Made by a program: the position numbers and the translations under genes. 64,000 bases of DNA, taken from Candidatus Bathyarchaeota archaeon (GTDB lineage: Archaea; Thermoproteota; Bathyarchaeia; Bathyarchaeales; DTEX01). Location of the stretch: contig CAVQNT010000001.1 in NCBI GenBank assembly GCA_963714275.1, forward strand, positions 64,001-128,000, read 5' to 3'. The notes under the pieces are model-generated. The model made no database searches, had not been told where the DNA came from, and was given only the letters and a program-made list of their open reading frames with translations. Positions 34,488-44,938 of this stretch are shown in pieces (position 1 is the stretch's first letter; each line of letters begins with the position of its first letter).

Positions 34488-34857
34488 TTGAGCGAGAAAA
34501 AGAAGATATTATACGTCGTAACGAGTGGTGTAGACACTCCTGAACGTACTTATGCTCCATTTATCCTTGCAACTACAGACTGTTGCAATGGGAATAGACG
34601 CCACAATATACTACCTAATAAAAGGAGTTACAGTTGTTAAGCAAGGAGAAGCGGAGAAAATTAAGCTGGGAAATTTTCCATCTTTAAAGCAGATAATGGA
34701 TCAAGCAATAAAGGCTGGAGTAAAAATTGAGGTCTGTGAACAGAGTTGCATGCTTCTTGGGTTTGAAAGAGGAGATTTCGTGAAAGGTGCTGAAATAGTA
34801 GGTGCAGCAACACTTAACGACCGAATTTTGGACGCGGATGCCGTCCTAAGTTTTTGA
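34488..34857 (+). CDS. DsrE/DsrF-like family protein; frameshift near 34579
   Basis: KKILYVVTSGVDTPERTYAPF, then GVKIEVCEQSC..VGAATL. Confidence 0.8.
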
Positions 34858-34876
34858 CCTTGAAAGGAGTTATACT

Positions 34877-36054
34877 GTGATGCGAAAAGTTTACATGGAT
34901 CACGCAGCTGGAAAGCCCGTTGATGAGCGTGTTCTTGAATCTATGAAGCCATATTTCAATCGAAACTATGGCAATCCCTCATCTATTCATTCTTTCGGTA
35001 ATGAAGCGAGAAATGCAATTAATGAAGCTCGTGGTAAGGTTGCAGGGTTTATTGGAGATGAGAAAGATGAAGAGGTTATATTCACTTCTGGTGGCACGGA
35101 GAGCAATAATTTAGCCATAAAAGGCTTAGCTTACGCAAACAAGTCCAAAGGAAACCACATCATCGTCAGTTCAATTGAGCATATGTCCGTGATAAACACA
35201 TGCAAATATCTCAGCAAGCAAGGTTTCGAGGTTACATTTCTTCCAGTTGATGAATATGGAATCTTAGACATTCAAGCCTTGCAAAGGGAGATCAAGGAGA
35301 AGACGATTCTAGTTTCAATAATGTATGCGAATGGTGAGATTGGAACGATAGAACCAATAAAAGAAATTGGGGAAATAGTTCATGATAAAGGCGCATATTT
35401 TCATGTAGATGCCGTTGCTGCTGCAGGCCAGATGCCGATTAATGTCCAAGAAGAGAACATAGATTTACTTTCTCTTTCCTCAAATGATATTTACGGTCCT
35501 AGGGGAGTTGGTGCATTATATATTAAGGCTGGAACTCGAATTCAACCAATAATCCATGGCGGCGGACAAGAACGGGGGTTGCAGTCTGGAACCGAGAACC
35601 TCCGGGAATAGTAGGTATGGGTGAGGCAGCGAAAATTGTTGGATCTGAAATGAAGATTGAGGCAGAAAGATTAATGAAGTTAAGAGATGGCTTTATCAAA
35701 GGAGTTTTAGAGAGTTCACCAGAATCCTATTTAAATGGTCATCCAACTAAAAGGTTGCCAAATAATGTCAATGTTAGATTTAGTGATATTGAAGGCGAAT
35801 CTTTAGTATTAAGTCTGGACATGGAAGGCGTCGCCTGTTCTTCCGGATCGGCATGCACCTCTAAAACATTAGAACCTTCCCACGTTCTATTGGCAATAGG
35901 TTTAAAACATGAGGAAGCGCATGGTTCGCTTCTCTTCACTCTGGGAAAGCAAAACACTGAGGAAGACGTAAACTACGTGTGCGGATTGCTACCAGGAATA
36001 GTAAAAAGGTTGAGGAAGATGTCACCCTTGACCCCTAAGGAGTTGATAATGTAA
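34877..36054 (+). CDS. iscS: Cysteine desulfurase (IscS/NifS type); frameshift near 35600
   Basis: [35 protein letters not shown]. The usual PLP-Lys motif reads SSNDIYGP. Confidence 0.88.
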
Positions 36055-36434
36055 TGTATAGCGAGAAGGTTTTGGATCACTTCCGGAATCCACGTAACAT
36101 GGGTGAAATTATAGATGCGGATGGCATTGGAACCGTTGGTAACCCAGTTTGTGGAGACTTAATGACTATCTACATAAAGGTGAAAGACGATCGAATTCAG
36201 GATGTTAAGTTTAAAACTTTTGGTTGTGGGGCAGCTATAGCAACAAGCAGCATGATAACGGAGTTGGCAAAAGGTAAAACGCTTGAAGAATCCATGAGAA
36301 TAACAAGGGCTGACGTAGCCAATAACTTGGGAGGATTACCTCCTATAAAGATGCACTGCTCAAACTTAGCTGCTGATGGTTTACATGAAGCCATAAAGGA
36401 TTACCTCAAAAGGAAAGAGGAGGTTAAAAAATGA
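36054..36434 (+). CDS. iscU: Fe-S cluster scaffold IscU/NifU
   Basis: YSEKVLDHFRNPRN, GNPVCGD, GCGAAIA, LPPIKMHCSNLA. Confidence 0.95.
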   Translation: MYSEKVLDHFRNPRNMGEIIDADGIGTVGNPVCGDLMTIYIKVKDDRIQDVKFKTFGCGAAIATSSMITELAKGKTLEESMRITRADVANNLGGLPPIKMHCSNLAADGLHEAIKDYLKRKEEVKK

Positions 36435-36589
36435 GGTTTATAAAATGCGAAGAATGCAACGCTGAAATCTCTGACGAGAAATGTTTGTTCGCTGAGTGTA
36501 AGAGAGTAATCAACGGGGAAGAATACTACTTCTGCTGTAAACATCATGCTGACCAGTTTGTCAGAAAGATTCAGAAAAAAACATTTTAA
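36431..36589 (+). CDS. Small TRASH/YHS-like metal-binding protein (52 aa), missed by the ORF track
   Basis: MRFIKCEECNAEISDEKCLFAECKRVINGEEYYFCCKHHADQF; ATGA overlap with the iscU stop and GAGGAGG RBS. Confidence 0.72.
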   Translation: MRFIKCEECNAEISDEKCLFAECKRVINGEEYYFCCKHHADQFVRKIQKKTF

Positions 36590-36645
36590 AAACACCTCTT
36601 TGAAATCTTTCTCAAGTGTATGTTGAATATTGGGGAGTTTAGCAT

Positions 36646-37567
36646 TTGGAGAACTTAAAAACCATCTCACTAGAAAGTAAAATCAGAGAGCTTAAGGAAC
36701 AGAAAAATGCGATTATCTTGGCTCACAATTACCAAATAGGTGAAGTCCAAGAAATAGTCTGACTATGTCGGTGATTCCCTTGGTTTAAGTCAAAATGCTG
36801 CTAAAAGCGATGCAGAAGTGATAGTGTTCTGCGGTGTACACTTCATGGCTGAGACAGACTTCTATCCTATGTCCAGACAAAATTGTGTTGATGCCAGAAA
36901 TAAGAGTCTGGATGTCCAATGGCTAACATGATCACGGCAGAAGCTCTCAGGGCTTTGAAGGATAAACATCCAGAAGCAACAGTAGTTTGCTACATTAACA
37001 CATCAGCAAAGGTTAAAGCAGAAAGTGACATCTGCTGCACCTCATCCAACGCGGTTAAGGTGGTAGAGTCACTATGTGCACCTGAAGTCATCTTCGTTCC
37101 AGATAAATATCTGGCACATTATGTTTCCACTAGAACTGAAAAGAAAATCATTCCTTGGAATGGTTTCTGCCCTACGCATGTAAAGATACTGCCAGAGCAC
37201 ATTCTAGAACAAAAAAGCTGACATCCAGAAGCAGAAGTAATTGTTCATCCAGAATGTATACCATCAGTTATTGCCTTGGCAGATGATGTGCTTTCAACTG
37301 GAGGAATGTGCAGTTATGCACGAGTATCAAAGGCCTCTGAAATAATTGTAGGTACAGAAGTCGGAATACTACACAAGTTGCGAAAGGAGAACCCAAATAA
37401 AAAATTTTATCCTGCTTCTGAGTCAGCAATTTGCCCAAATATGAAGTTAACAACATTAGAAAAAGTATTGTGGTCACTTCAAGACATGAAACATGAAATT
37501 ATTGTACCTCAAGAAACTCGACTTAAAGCTGAAAAAAACTGTTGAAAAAATGTTAGAAATTGGTTAG
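36646..37567 (+). CDS. nadA: Quinolinate synthase A; multiple frameshifts
   Basis: [52 protein letters not shown]. Confidence 0.9.
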
Positions 37568-37831
37568 TCAGAAGCAATCGATAGGCCATACCTGAATCTA
37601 TCTGTCCACATGCAAAAATGTTTCTTCGCCCCCATAATGACTGACAATATATTTCGGTGGACACTTCGGGTTAAAGACCTAGTTTGTATATCAGGTCCTA
37701 AGGATTATTTGTTTTATAATAGTCCTTTATGGGTAGGATAAAGCGCATCATCATATGGATTTCTTAAGAAGATATGAACACTGACTGCTTAACAGCAATG
37801 AAAATATATGTAAAGTTCTCTGAAGACTAAG

Positions 37832-38794
37832 TTGAGTGTTAGAATGAACGCCAAAGAGAATCCCCTCAGAGCGATTTACTACAACGAGCCAATGTACGTT
37901 CCGAGGATGATTGAAGACGTTATAGTGAGCTTTCAGTTTGAGGGAAACTGTATGATGGAAGACTGGAAGGACAAATGGGGGGTTCAGTGGAAGATTGCAC
38001 GTGAAGACATGGTTCCATTTCCCAAAGGTAATCCGTTACCAAACCTGGAGCACTTGGACGAATACGGTTCTCCTGATCCTGACGATTTAGAATTTACAAA
38101 TGCGAATAGGAAATTTTTGCTTAAAGTCGACAGAGACAGCCATCTGATTTATGGAACATTAACTTACTTCATGTTTGAAAGGGCTTGGGCTCTAATGGGC
38201 ATGGATAATTTTCTGAAATCCTTCTTCACTCACCCAAAAGAAATGAAGATATTGCTGCATAGAATTGCTGATTTCAACATGCGTGTCTTTGAGCGCTATC
38301 TTGAAGTCGGAGTAGACGGCTTCACTTTCTCTGAGGATTTGGGTCACCAACAAGGGCTGATGATCTCGCCTAAGCTTTTCAGAGAGTTTTTTGCCCCCGA
38401 ATACAAACGGTGTTTCCAACAACTAGCAAAAGAGGGAAAAATCATTGACTTCCATTCCTGTGGCCGTGTTCAAGACATAGTCGAGGATCTAATCGACGTC
38501 GGCGTGACTATTCTGAATCCGGTTCAAGCAAGAGCCAACAATTTAACCCTAGTGAAACAGAAATGCATGGGCAAAATGGCACTCAAGGGGGGAGTAGACT
38601 CTCACCTTTTGATGTTGGGACCTATCCGGAATATCCGAGCAGAAGTCAAGAGGGTGATAAGAATACTTGCTCCCGGTGGAGGTTACATAATCGGTCCAGA
38701 TCAATTCATGCCTTTCCCCCTAGAATATATTAAGGCTTTATGGACAACCGCTGAACAATATGGGAGGTATCCCTTAAAAATTGTCAATAATTAA
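37832..38794 (+). CDS. Uroporphyrinogen decarboxylase-like (MtaA/CmuA superfamily) protein
   Basis: DKWGVQW, FERAWALMGM, SEDLG, FHSCG, GGVD, GGYII. Confidence 0.8.
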   Translation: MSVRMNAKENPLRAIYYNEPMYVPRMIEDVIVSFQFEGNCMMEDWKDKWGVQWKIAREDMVPFPKGNPLPNLEHLDEYGSPDPDDLEFTNANRKFLLKVDRDSHLIYGTLTYFMFERAWALMGMDNFLKSFFTHPKEMKILLHRIADFNMRVFERYLEVGVDGFTFSEDLGHQQGLMISPKLFREFFAPEYKRCFQQLAKEGKIIDFHSCGRVQDIVEDLIDVGVTILNPVQARANNLTLVKQKCMGKMALKGGVDSHLLMLGPIRNIRAEVKRVIRILAPGGGYIIGPDQFMPFPLEYIKALWTTAEQYGRYPLKIVNN

Positions 38795-39141
38795 CAGATA
38801 GATTCACTTAAACAGTCTATGAAATTAAAGTTATGAGGGATTTCTCTATCCATAATATAAACCATAGAATACCGTTGGGATTCTCATGATGTTTTTTTTT
38901 AGGTAATGATCCAGTTTCTGTTTTAGGCTAGCTGAGTTAAAATTGTTGAATACTAATTGTTCCAAGTCTTTAGATAGAGTAAATGTTTATATTAATTTTT
39001 TAAGCCTTAACATATAGCGACCATAGTAATTTATTCCCTACAGTTGTTGACTAGTTTTGTATTTTATCAAAATAGAGTAATAATAAGAAAAAGATTATAT
39101 TTTCATCCTTCGAACCTAATCTTTTACTCTTGGATTTGGGT

Positions 39142-39390
39142 TTATTTTTTAACTTTTTTAAATAGTTCTTTTAAGCCAGTCACCTTAAAAGCTAAAACTC
39201 CAAGTATAAAAGTTACAACTGCTCCAATGAATAGAATAGCTAAGAAGAAATATCCCAGTATGCCGCCAGCTATGACCATCAGCCAGTTTTGTGTAAGAAC
39301 CCCGGTCCATATGGCATTAAGTATCCACCAGAAGCAATAAACAAAAAAGTCTGTGCATACCCATAAGGCCAAACCTACAATTTTAGACAT
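39142..39390 (-). CDS. Small hypothetical membrane protein
   Basis: 82 aa with two hydrophobic helices and a basic tail. Confidence 0.5.
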   Translation of the reverse strand: MSKIVGLALWVCTDFFVYCFWWILNAIWTGVLTQNWLMVIAGGILGYFFLAILFIGAVVTFILGVLAFKVTGLKELFKKVKK

Positions 39391-39648
39391 CTACTAACTT
39401 CCTTTCATCATCATTCTTAGCACCCTTATTACTGGAACGAGGTATAAATCAATGTATAGATGGATATGCAATAACTGATATAAGTCTGTTTGATTGAACA
39501 TACGCCTATAACTGTGGTCATTGGAAATATGCTTTTCTTCTAATAGGTTTCAAATTTGTGTTTACTATTCATAATTTTTATATTAATGAAGAACTATCGG
39601 AAATCGAAAAATTACCGCGCGAACAATTTTATTATGTAGGTTAAAAAA

Positions 39649-40578
39649 GTGGCAGCTTTGACTGGACGTAAAAAAAATCTGGGTATAATTTCGTTATTTT
39701 TCCTCATCACCTTGTTTTCACTTACAACCATATCGGTTTATGAATCACGTGCTTCCATCTCTCCCGCGTTAATTGATGTGGAAGGATTCCGCTGGACTAA
39801 ATTTCCCTTGAAAATTTTAGTAGACATGAATCAGTGGAGTACTCCTAATTATGCATATGCAGTGCATGAAGCAGTTGACATGTGGTTGATGAGCATCCGA
39901 ACCTACAGCAGTTCATATAACGACACGACATTGATAATTATGGATTTTACATTTTACGTTAGTAACATCAATGCAACAACCGATTATGACATATTCATAA
40001 CTTTCACTGCAAATGAGATTTCTCACGAAGTGATTGGTCAAACATCCTATCAATGGAACCCTATTTCTCACGAAACTCGGTTGCCAGTAATCATCAACTT
40101 AACAACATATTCACAGACCGCAAATTACCTATTCATAAAGAATGTGGCAATGCATGAATTTGGTCATGCGCTAGGATTAGGACATACATCTTCCCAAGTC
40201 ACGGAGAATGGACCTGAACTAATGTATTTCACAACATATATTGACCGTGTAATTTACCCGTCAACCCTAGACCTGTATGGGCTAATCATGGTTTATAAGG
40301 GCAATTTCGAACAGTCCGTACAATTGCCAGCTAACATTCCCTACAAGATGGTGCAACCTGCAGTAGATGTTCCAAGCAATCCGATACCTTTTCCCACGCA
40401 ATCTATCCCAGGCGACCTTTTTGTTTCAACAATCAATGAAATTTTTATGGTCATAGAACAAGCTTGGCAAACTAAAGGAACAACCCTAATCATTTTAATC
40501 GTTTATTTGTGTTTATTCATCATTGTGAAAACAATAGACAGAAAAATTCAGCCTTCAGATAAAACAATCACATATTAA
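39649..40578 (+). CDS. Secreted, membrane-anchored matrixin-family zinc metalloprotease
   Basis: HEFGHALGLGH plus Met-turn (ELMY); N-terminal signal and C-terminal TM. Confidence 0.85.
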   Translation: MAALTGRKKNLGIISLFFLITLFSLTTISVYESRASISPALIDVEGFRWTKFPLKILVDMNQWSTPNYAYAVHEAVDMWLMSIRTYSSSYNDTTLIIMDFTFYVSNINATTDYDIFITFTANEISHEVIGQTSYQWNPISHETRLPVIINLTTYSQTANYLFIKNVAMHEFGHALGLGHTSSQVTENGPELMYFTTYIDRVIYPSTLDLYGLIMVYKGNFEQSVQLPANIPYKMVQPAVDVPSNPIPFPTQSIPGDLFVSTINEIFMVIEQAWQTKGTTLIILIVYLCLFIIVKTIDRKIQPSDKTITY

Positions 40579-40858
40579 CAAGGTTTCAAGTGTCTAGTTA
40601 TCTAATTCTCAATAAATTAATCCTTACCCACATAAACTTTGCAATAGATTAATCGATGTTAACCTTGAGCCCTTTGAAATTCCAAATCAAAACATTCACA
40701 GCTAATTAACATGGTATCTGAAGTGAACGGTGTTGATTCAAAGACTAATAGGCTTCCGTTCAAACTTATTCCATAAAGATCATGATTGCTATTTAATATT
40801 GCTCCCATTATCCTTACATCTCCATTTACAGTGCAGCTACTACAACGGATCTTAAGTT

Positions 40859-41702
40859 TCAAGGTCCTTGATAATCCTGCTTCTTCAAGAAATCTCCATA
40901 TTCTGTTCCTTTGACATTCCTAGGCTTAGCTTGGAGTTCAATTGTGATTAGTGCTTCTGCATCGTGTCCGTAGGGTCCTCTGGCTAATACTTTTCCGTAA
41001 GGGTCTACTGTAAGTGAACATCCGATAACTTTCCTTCCCTTCCAAGGACCAGCTTCTATCCATCCAACATTACTTACACCGACAAGTAGTGATCCCATAT
41101 AGTTTGCATAAAACTGAGTAGGCTGTTTCCCATTCTTTTCCGTAAGGATCTTTCAAGTCATCGTGGTCAGCGTCAACAGCCCACGCTGAAGGAGAGAAAA
41201 TGAAGTGTGCCCCCATTCTGGCTTGAACATGACCGATGGTAAGTGAACTTTTAAAGTTATCAGCGCAGATGTTGACGCCTATTGTTCCCAGCTCCGTCTC
41301 AACTACGGAGAGAACATTACCTATACTGTAAAGGTCATGAGCTATGCTTAATTCATTTATCTTTCTGTGTTTAAGGAGGATCCTTCCAGACTTGTCTATT
41401 AAGATGGCTGAGTTGTATACACGGTTCCCTTCACGTTCTGTTATCCCCGCCACAACCATTATCCCATTACTCTTCGCAGCTTCACAAAGCCGATCAGAAG
41501 TTTCGCCGGGAATCTCTTTGGCTAATTGCCGTGCACTTGGATGAGTCCATCCTAGGTCTAGGCATTCAGGTAAAACAACAACTTGACATCTCTCGTGAGA
41601 CGCTCCGGTAATCATGTCCTCTGCACGTTTCAGATTAGCCTCTACCTTGCCTCCTTCAACAAGCATCTGACCCATTGCAAGCTTAAATTTTGGGAAAGAC
41701 AA
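40859..41702 (-). CDS. Carbon-nitrogen hydrolase; frameshift near 41085
   Basis: LPEC, KHRK, NICAD, then VGVSNVG..GCSL in the next frame. Confidence 0.85.
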
Positions 41703-41918
41703 GATGAAACTTCCCTAGCATAAATGCTTAAAGTTAACGAGAACTGACCACGGATTACGTTTAAGAAACATTTTTGTATATAAATCTTGATGGATGGAGC
41801 CAGTTTAATTAAAATGTCTCATTTAGAGCTTATTAGAAGTGCAGGAACATGTATCCTCAAAATGAAACTAGGAAGCTGATTTTAGTGAGTCTTATGATGA
41901 TTGCTTGTCGAAAGTATT

Positions 41919-42392
41919 TTATTTTTTTTCCATGTAGGAGGTTGTTTTCTGATATAGTTTCTGGAAGTGTTCGCCAAATGTCTTATCGCTTCTTTCTTTC
42001 CTCATATCAAGTATCCATGGTTCTAGCTTTTTCCAGTCTGAGATTATGTATGCGCCCAAACGATCAGTTATTACATCGATATCAACAAAATTCTTGTTCA
42101 CCATAAAGCCAACCTCCTCGAAGAAGGCTTCGACCTGAAATAAATAATCGCTTACTTCGGAATCCTTTTCCAATGCAACTTTTTTACTTTTGTAATTTTC
42201 AAACTGAAATTCGTTTTCAACCCATTTTAAGGCTTTTCGAAGCCTATCTGTCTCTGCCCATTCAAACAGCTTCATCGTAATCTCAAGGTCTTTATGCTTA
42301 TCCATGCGTCTAAGCTCTAGAAGAACAAGAATCGCAGCTAAGACACCTGCTAACGAGGTGAGAACAGCTGACCATTCGATCAAAGCTACCAT
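41919..42392 (-). CDS. Hypothetical protein with N-terminal TM (DUF4760-like)
   Basis: N-terminal TM; FFEEVG..V and FGEHFQKL pattern. Confidence 0.6.
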   Translation of the reverse strand: MVALIEWSAVLTSLAGVLAAILVLLELRRMDKHKDLEITMKLFEWAETDRLRKALKWVENEFQFENYKSKKVALEKDSEVSDYLFQVEAFFEEVGFMVNKNFVDIDVITDRLGAYIISDWKKLEPWILDMRKERSDKTFGEHFQKLYQKTTSYMEKK

Positions 42393-42419
42393 AATGATCT
42401 ACAACTAAAACCTGCCAAT

Positions 42420-43220
42420 TTATTGTTTCTCTATTAAGTTCTTGAAGCCAACTAGCTGTATACCTTTTTGTTTTATCATTTCTTTGACTTCTGGGTTTGT
42501 TAAGGCATCTGTGTTTCCTTGCCTTTGACTCGCTACCGGTGAAAAGTCCATGGCTCTCATTTCTGATGTGTCTAAACCCGGATGTAAGATCGTCATCCAT
42601 AATCCTGGCTTTAAACCTTTAACGACGTCAAGTAAAGCCTTCGGTCTATCATTAGGGTCTCTCTGCCGTGTCCAGTCTTCACTCACAGACTCTATTGAAC
42701 CAGCCCATTGAATCCCGAACTTTTTACCCAAATCACCAGACAGCGGTATCTTGAACTCTCTTGAAATCTTTTCAACTGCCTTTTTCATTTCAAGCATGAT
42801 GCTGGCTGTGCCCATGTGGGTGTCCAGGTATGTCACGTTAATTCCTTTATCAAGGGCAAGCTGAACCTGAGCCCTTAACTCCTTTTCCGCTTCATCCACC
42901 TTTGGCTTAACTTCTAGAAACTCTTGGTTTGTCCTGTAGAAGTACCCATCTCGGTCTACAAGGGTAGGAACCTTCGATATTGGCAATACAGGTCTCCAAC
43001 GATAAGGGTACCATTCAGCGCAGAGGTCCAAGTGAACCCCGACCTGCATCTCTGGGTTTTCTTTGCAGAGGTGGGCAGACTCTGTGAACCATGGTGGGGG
43101 AACAAGGAGAGAGGTTTGGGTCATAATGCCTTCTTTAAAACATTTTATAACAGCTTCGTTCACAGCGTGGCACATGCCAAAATCGTCTCCCTCCACGATC
43201 AGCCTAATCTCTTCAGACAA
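42420..43220 (-). CDS. YdjC/ChbG family carbohydrate deacetylase
   Basis: GDDFG, VGVHL, YLDTHMG, HPG. Confidence 0.88.
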   Translation of the reverse strand: MSEEIRLIVEGDDFGMCHAVNEAVIKCFKEGIMTQTSLLVPPPWFTESAHLCKENPEMQVGVHLDLCAEWYPYRWRPVLPISKVPTLVDRDGYFYRTNQEFLEVKPKVDEAEKELRAQVQLALDKGINVTYLDTHMGTASIMLEMKKAVEKISREFKIPLSGDLGKKFGIQWAGSIESVSEDWTRQRDPNDRPKALLDVVKGLKPGLWMTILHPGLDTSEMRAMDFSPVASQRQGNTDALTNPEVKEMIKQKGIQLVGFKNLIEKQ

Positions 43221-43295
43221 AGCCGTTCACCATCCACACTTTAAGTTGGTTAACATTTAAGCCTTCTATAAACTTGATGAACTTGTAAACGCAAT

Positions 43296-43862
43296 CTATT
43301 TTTGAAGTTGTTTCTGTATTTGCCAAGATTTTAAATAATCTGAGGGGTCAAATCGGCACATTCTGATTATTTTTGTATCTTTGTCAAGTTCTACCCGAAA
43401 ATCTGGTTCTATGAAGAGGGCACCTATCTCGTTGTCCTCAAGTGTTTCATCTATTCGTTTTGAGATGTACCTAATGCGGTCTTCAAGATTTTGCTGAAAA
43501 AGTTCATAAACAACAGTGTTCGATTGTTGACTTTTAAGCATTTTAGCCCAAGATTCAGATTCGCCTACTAATAATGGCTCTTCTGTGGCTATGAAATTTG
43601 CTCCGTTCTCAACAAGAACTTTAACAATCTTGTAGTTTTCGCTGTCCATTAAGTGGAGTTGGTACAATGCTTCTTCTCCCGCTTTACAAACGCGGTCTCT
43701 GTAGATTCTATTTATCTTTCCACTAAACATTGTAAGCCTTTCATTTACGTAAACCCAAAATTCATCAGTTTTCTGCTTGAAATCGCTAGGAAGAGAAGCA
43801 GAGAGATTCTTGAATTCGGTTTCAGTGTACATTCTAGGTACTAAGAAAAGCGTTTTTGCCAT
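43296..43862 (-). CDS. Hypothetical archaeal-type protein
   Basis: 188-aa ORF with ATG start; GA...ATE.P and RIDETL...E.G.LF pattern. Confidence 0.6.
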   Translation of the reverse strand: MAKTLFLVPRMYTETEFKNLSASLPSDFKQKTDEFWVYVNERLTMFSGKINRIYRDRVCKAGEEALYQLHLMDSENYKIVKVLVENGANFIATEEPLLVGESESWAKMLKSQQSNTVVYELFQQNLEDRIRYISKRIDETLEDNEIGALFIEPDFRVELDKDTKIIRMCRFDPSDYLKSWQIQKQLQK

Positions 43863-44079
43863 GATATCATTCTTTAACTAATTTAGAAAGATAAAATTAA
43901 ACATTATGTTGCGGGGACGGATGGTATTTAGTAGTAAACAAACCAGCTTGACCCAATAACTTCTCAACTGGAAAATTTAAGTCGCAATTCGACTACAATT
44001 TATTAAATAGAGGTATTTACCATATTGTTTCGTCATTGCAGATTTAAACTTAAAAAAATGCTTACCAGATGTAAATGCT

Positions 44080-44721
44080 TTGGCTGAAGGCTGTAGACCC
44101 TCTAAGAAGATCACTGGCAGATCCGGTCCTCCTCCGGGATATCCTAAGGATCAGAACAAGTATGCTGACCCAGAAAATTGGAAGTATCCAGTACATACGC
44201 CACATCATGCAGTAGCAGCAAGAAGATACTTCAATAAAGAACGCAATAGAGATGCATACGAACCTGAAGAGCAGTTTTATATTGATTCAAGAATAAACGA
44301 AGCTTTAAAAACGTTCGGAATAGAACCAAAATTCATTTCTAGTACACGAAATGCGATTGCTGCTCGCGGGTTAACCGAGGAGAAGCCTCCGTCAGATGTT
44401 CAGACTGCATCACTTGAGGAGTACCTTGAGTTCCTTCTCGGAAAGCCTCGACTAAAAAGGGCTAGAGCCATAAAGGACAATGAGCTGACCATCCATAAGA
44501 ATGATGATGAACAGCTTGTGGCAAGAGTCCGAGACTACTCAGTAACTATAGACTTCAGGAACAAAGTAGTAGCTCATGACTGTGCGGACTGGAACAGAAG
44601 AAAAACTGGTAAGAAACTTTGCAAACACCTTGGTAAAATTATGCTTACGATGGAGGAGGATAAAGCTGCACTTTTCCTTAGAAATCTAATTGTGAACCTT
44701 GACTCGTGGCGTTTTACTTAA
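44080..44721 (+). CDS. DUF6582-like N-terminal domain fused to a SWIM-type zinc finger
   Basis: YADPENWKYPV..HAVAARRYF...RINEALKTFGI; C-terminal HDCADW...LCKHL. Confidence 0.6.
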   Translation: MAEGCRPSKKITGRSGPPPGYPKDQNKYADPENWKYPVHTPHHAVAARRYFNKERNRDAYEPEEQFYIDSRINEALKTFGIEPKFISSTRNAIAARGLTEEKPPSDVQTASLEEYLEFLLGKPRLKRARAIKDNELTIHKNDDEQLVARVRDYSVTIDFRNKVVAHDCADWNRRKTGKKLCKHLGKIMLTMEEDKAALFLRNLIVNLDSWRFT

Positions 44722-44938
44722 CCTTAACTGCTATTTAGTTTAATGTTTTTGATGTCTTTAATGAAATTATGATTTCGTTTTCAGGTTGAATACTCCATCT
44801 GAAAAAACAATATTCTGCTTATTATAAAGCAAAGCATTACGGAAAATATATGTAAAAAGGCTGTTTTTTTGGTTTTTTGCCTTTATATTATAAATTTGGT
44901 TATGCGTTTGTTATAAATAAGTGAAACGATGGAGTTAA

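Noticed and set aside
37219-37221. In-frame TGA in nadA as possible selenocysteine or readthrough
   Set aside because: It is at a non-Cys position (EQKS*HPE) and is explained by compensating indels at an A-run/AGCT site (AAA AAG CTG CAT).
43909-43930. GCGGGGACGGATGGTATTT as another tRNA 3'-end scar
   Set aside because: The match to the T-arm consensus is too degenerate and there is no partner copy.
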